Below, in pieces: positions 35,223 to 35,316 of a stretch of DNA of 35,316 bases; positions within the stretch are counted from its first letter, which is position 1; each line of letters starts with the position of its first letter. The DNA comes from a virus (taxonomy: Duplodnaviria > Caudoviricetes): positions 1-35,316 of IMG/VR virus record IMGVR_UViG_3300022178_005428; one strand, written 5' to 3'. A program made the translations under genes and the position numbers. The notes beneath the pieces were generated by a model, which did not search any database, was not told the DNA's origin, and saw only the letters and a program-made list of their open reading frames with translations.

Positions 35223-35316
35223 GTAGAGGAAGACCAAAATTAGCTGAGGAGGTACCACCACCAAGACAGTTTACTAAAGTATATGAGAATAGTGATGGCA
35301 CAACTGAAACGTGGTA
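35219..35316 (+). CDS. hypothetical protein, 3' partial, with an N-terminal RGRP (AT-hook-like) motif
   Basis: MSRGRPKLAEEVPPPRQFTKVYENSDGTTETW..., open to the window end. Confidence 0.5.
   Translation, partial: MSRGRPKLAEEVPPPRQFTKVYENSDGTTETW

Overview
An AT-rich, densely packed segment coded almost entirely on the + strand. It reads as part of a large tailed dsDNA phage with T4-superfamily-style replication genes. The host is probably a Bacteroidota/Flavobacteriia species, because eight copies of a Bacteroidota-type promoter are present and the translation starts are A-rich without Shine-Dalgarno motifs. In order, the window holds: (1) the tail of a NUMOD1 homing-endonuclease-like ORF, a stand-alone C-terminal half of a family B DNA polymerase, and a sliding clamp; (2) Hsp20, GroES and GroEL; (3) two clamp-loader subunits, a Cas4/AddB-like PD-(D/E)XK nuclease and a ribbon-helix-helix protein; (4) an ~8.7 kb glycosylation island with GT4 and GT2 enzymes, a DegT-type aminotransferase, a NeuD/PglD-type acetyltransferase and a PhyH dioxygenase; (5) small conserved ORFs; (6) a tRNA cluster (Leu-TAA, Arg-TCT, CAT, Lys-TTT) containing an HNH endonuclease and a non-canonical tRNA-like element; (7) an accessory region with a LamG protein, a HAD nucleotidase, an esterase, two DUF285/BspA-like repeat proteins each paired with a small His-rich partner, and several probable internal head proteins. 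The most unusual features are the tRNA-like RNA whose D-loop-like hairpin lies 3' of the anticodon arm, the duplicated order-swapped adhesin/partner cassette ending in an identical 49-bp terminator-promoter, a family of capsid-targeting-like N-terminal leaders, the split polymerase and an apparently inactivated HNH paralogue. All family assignments come from recognising motifs by eye; no database search was run.
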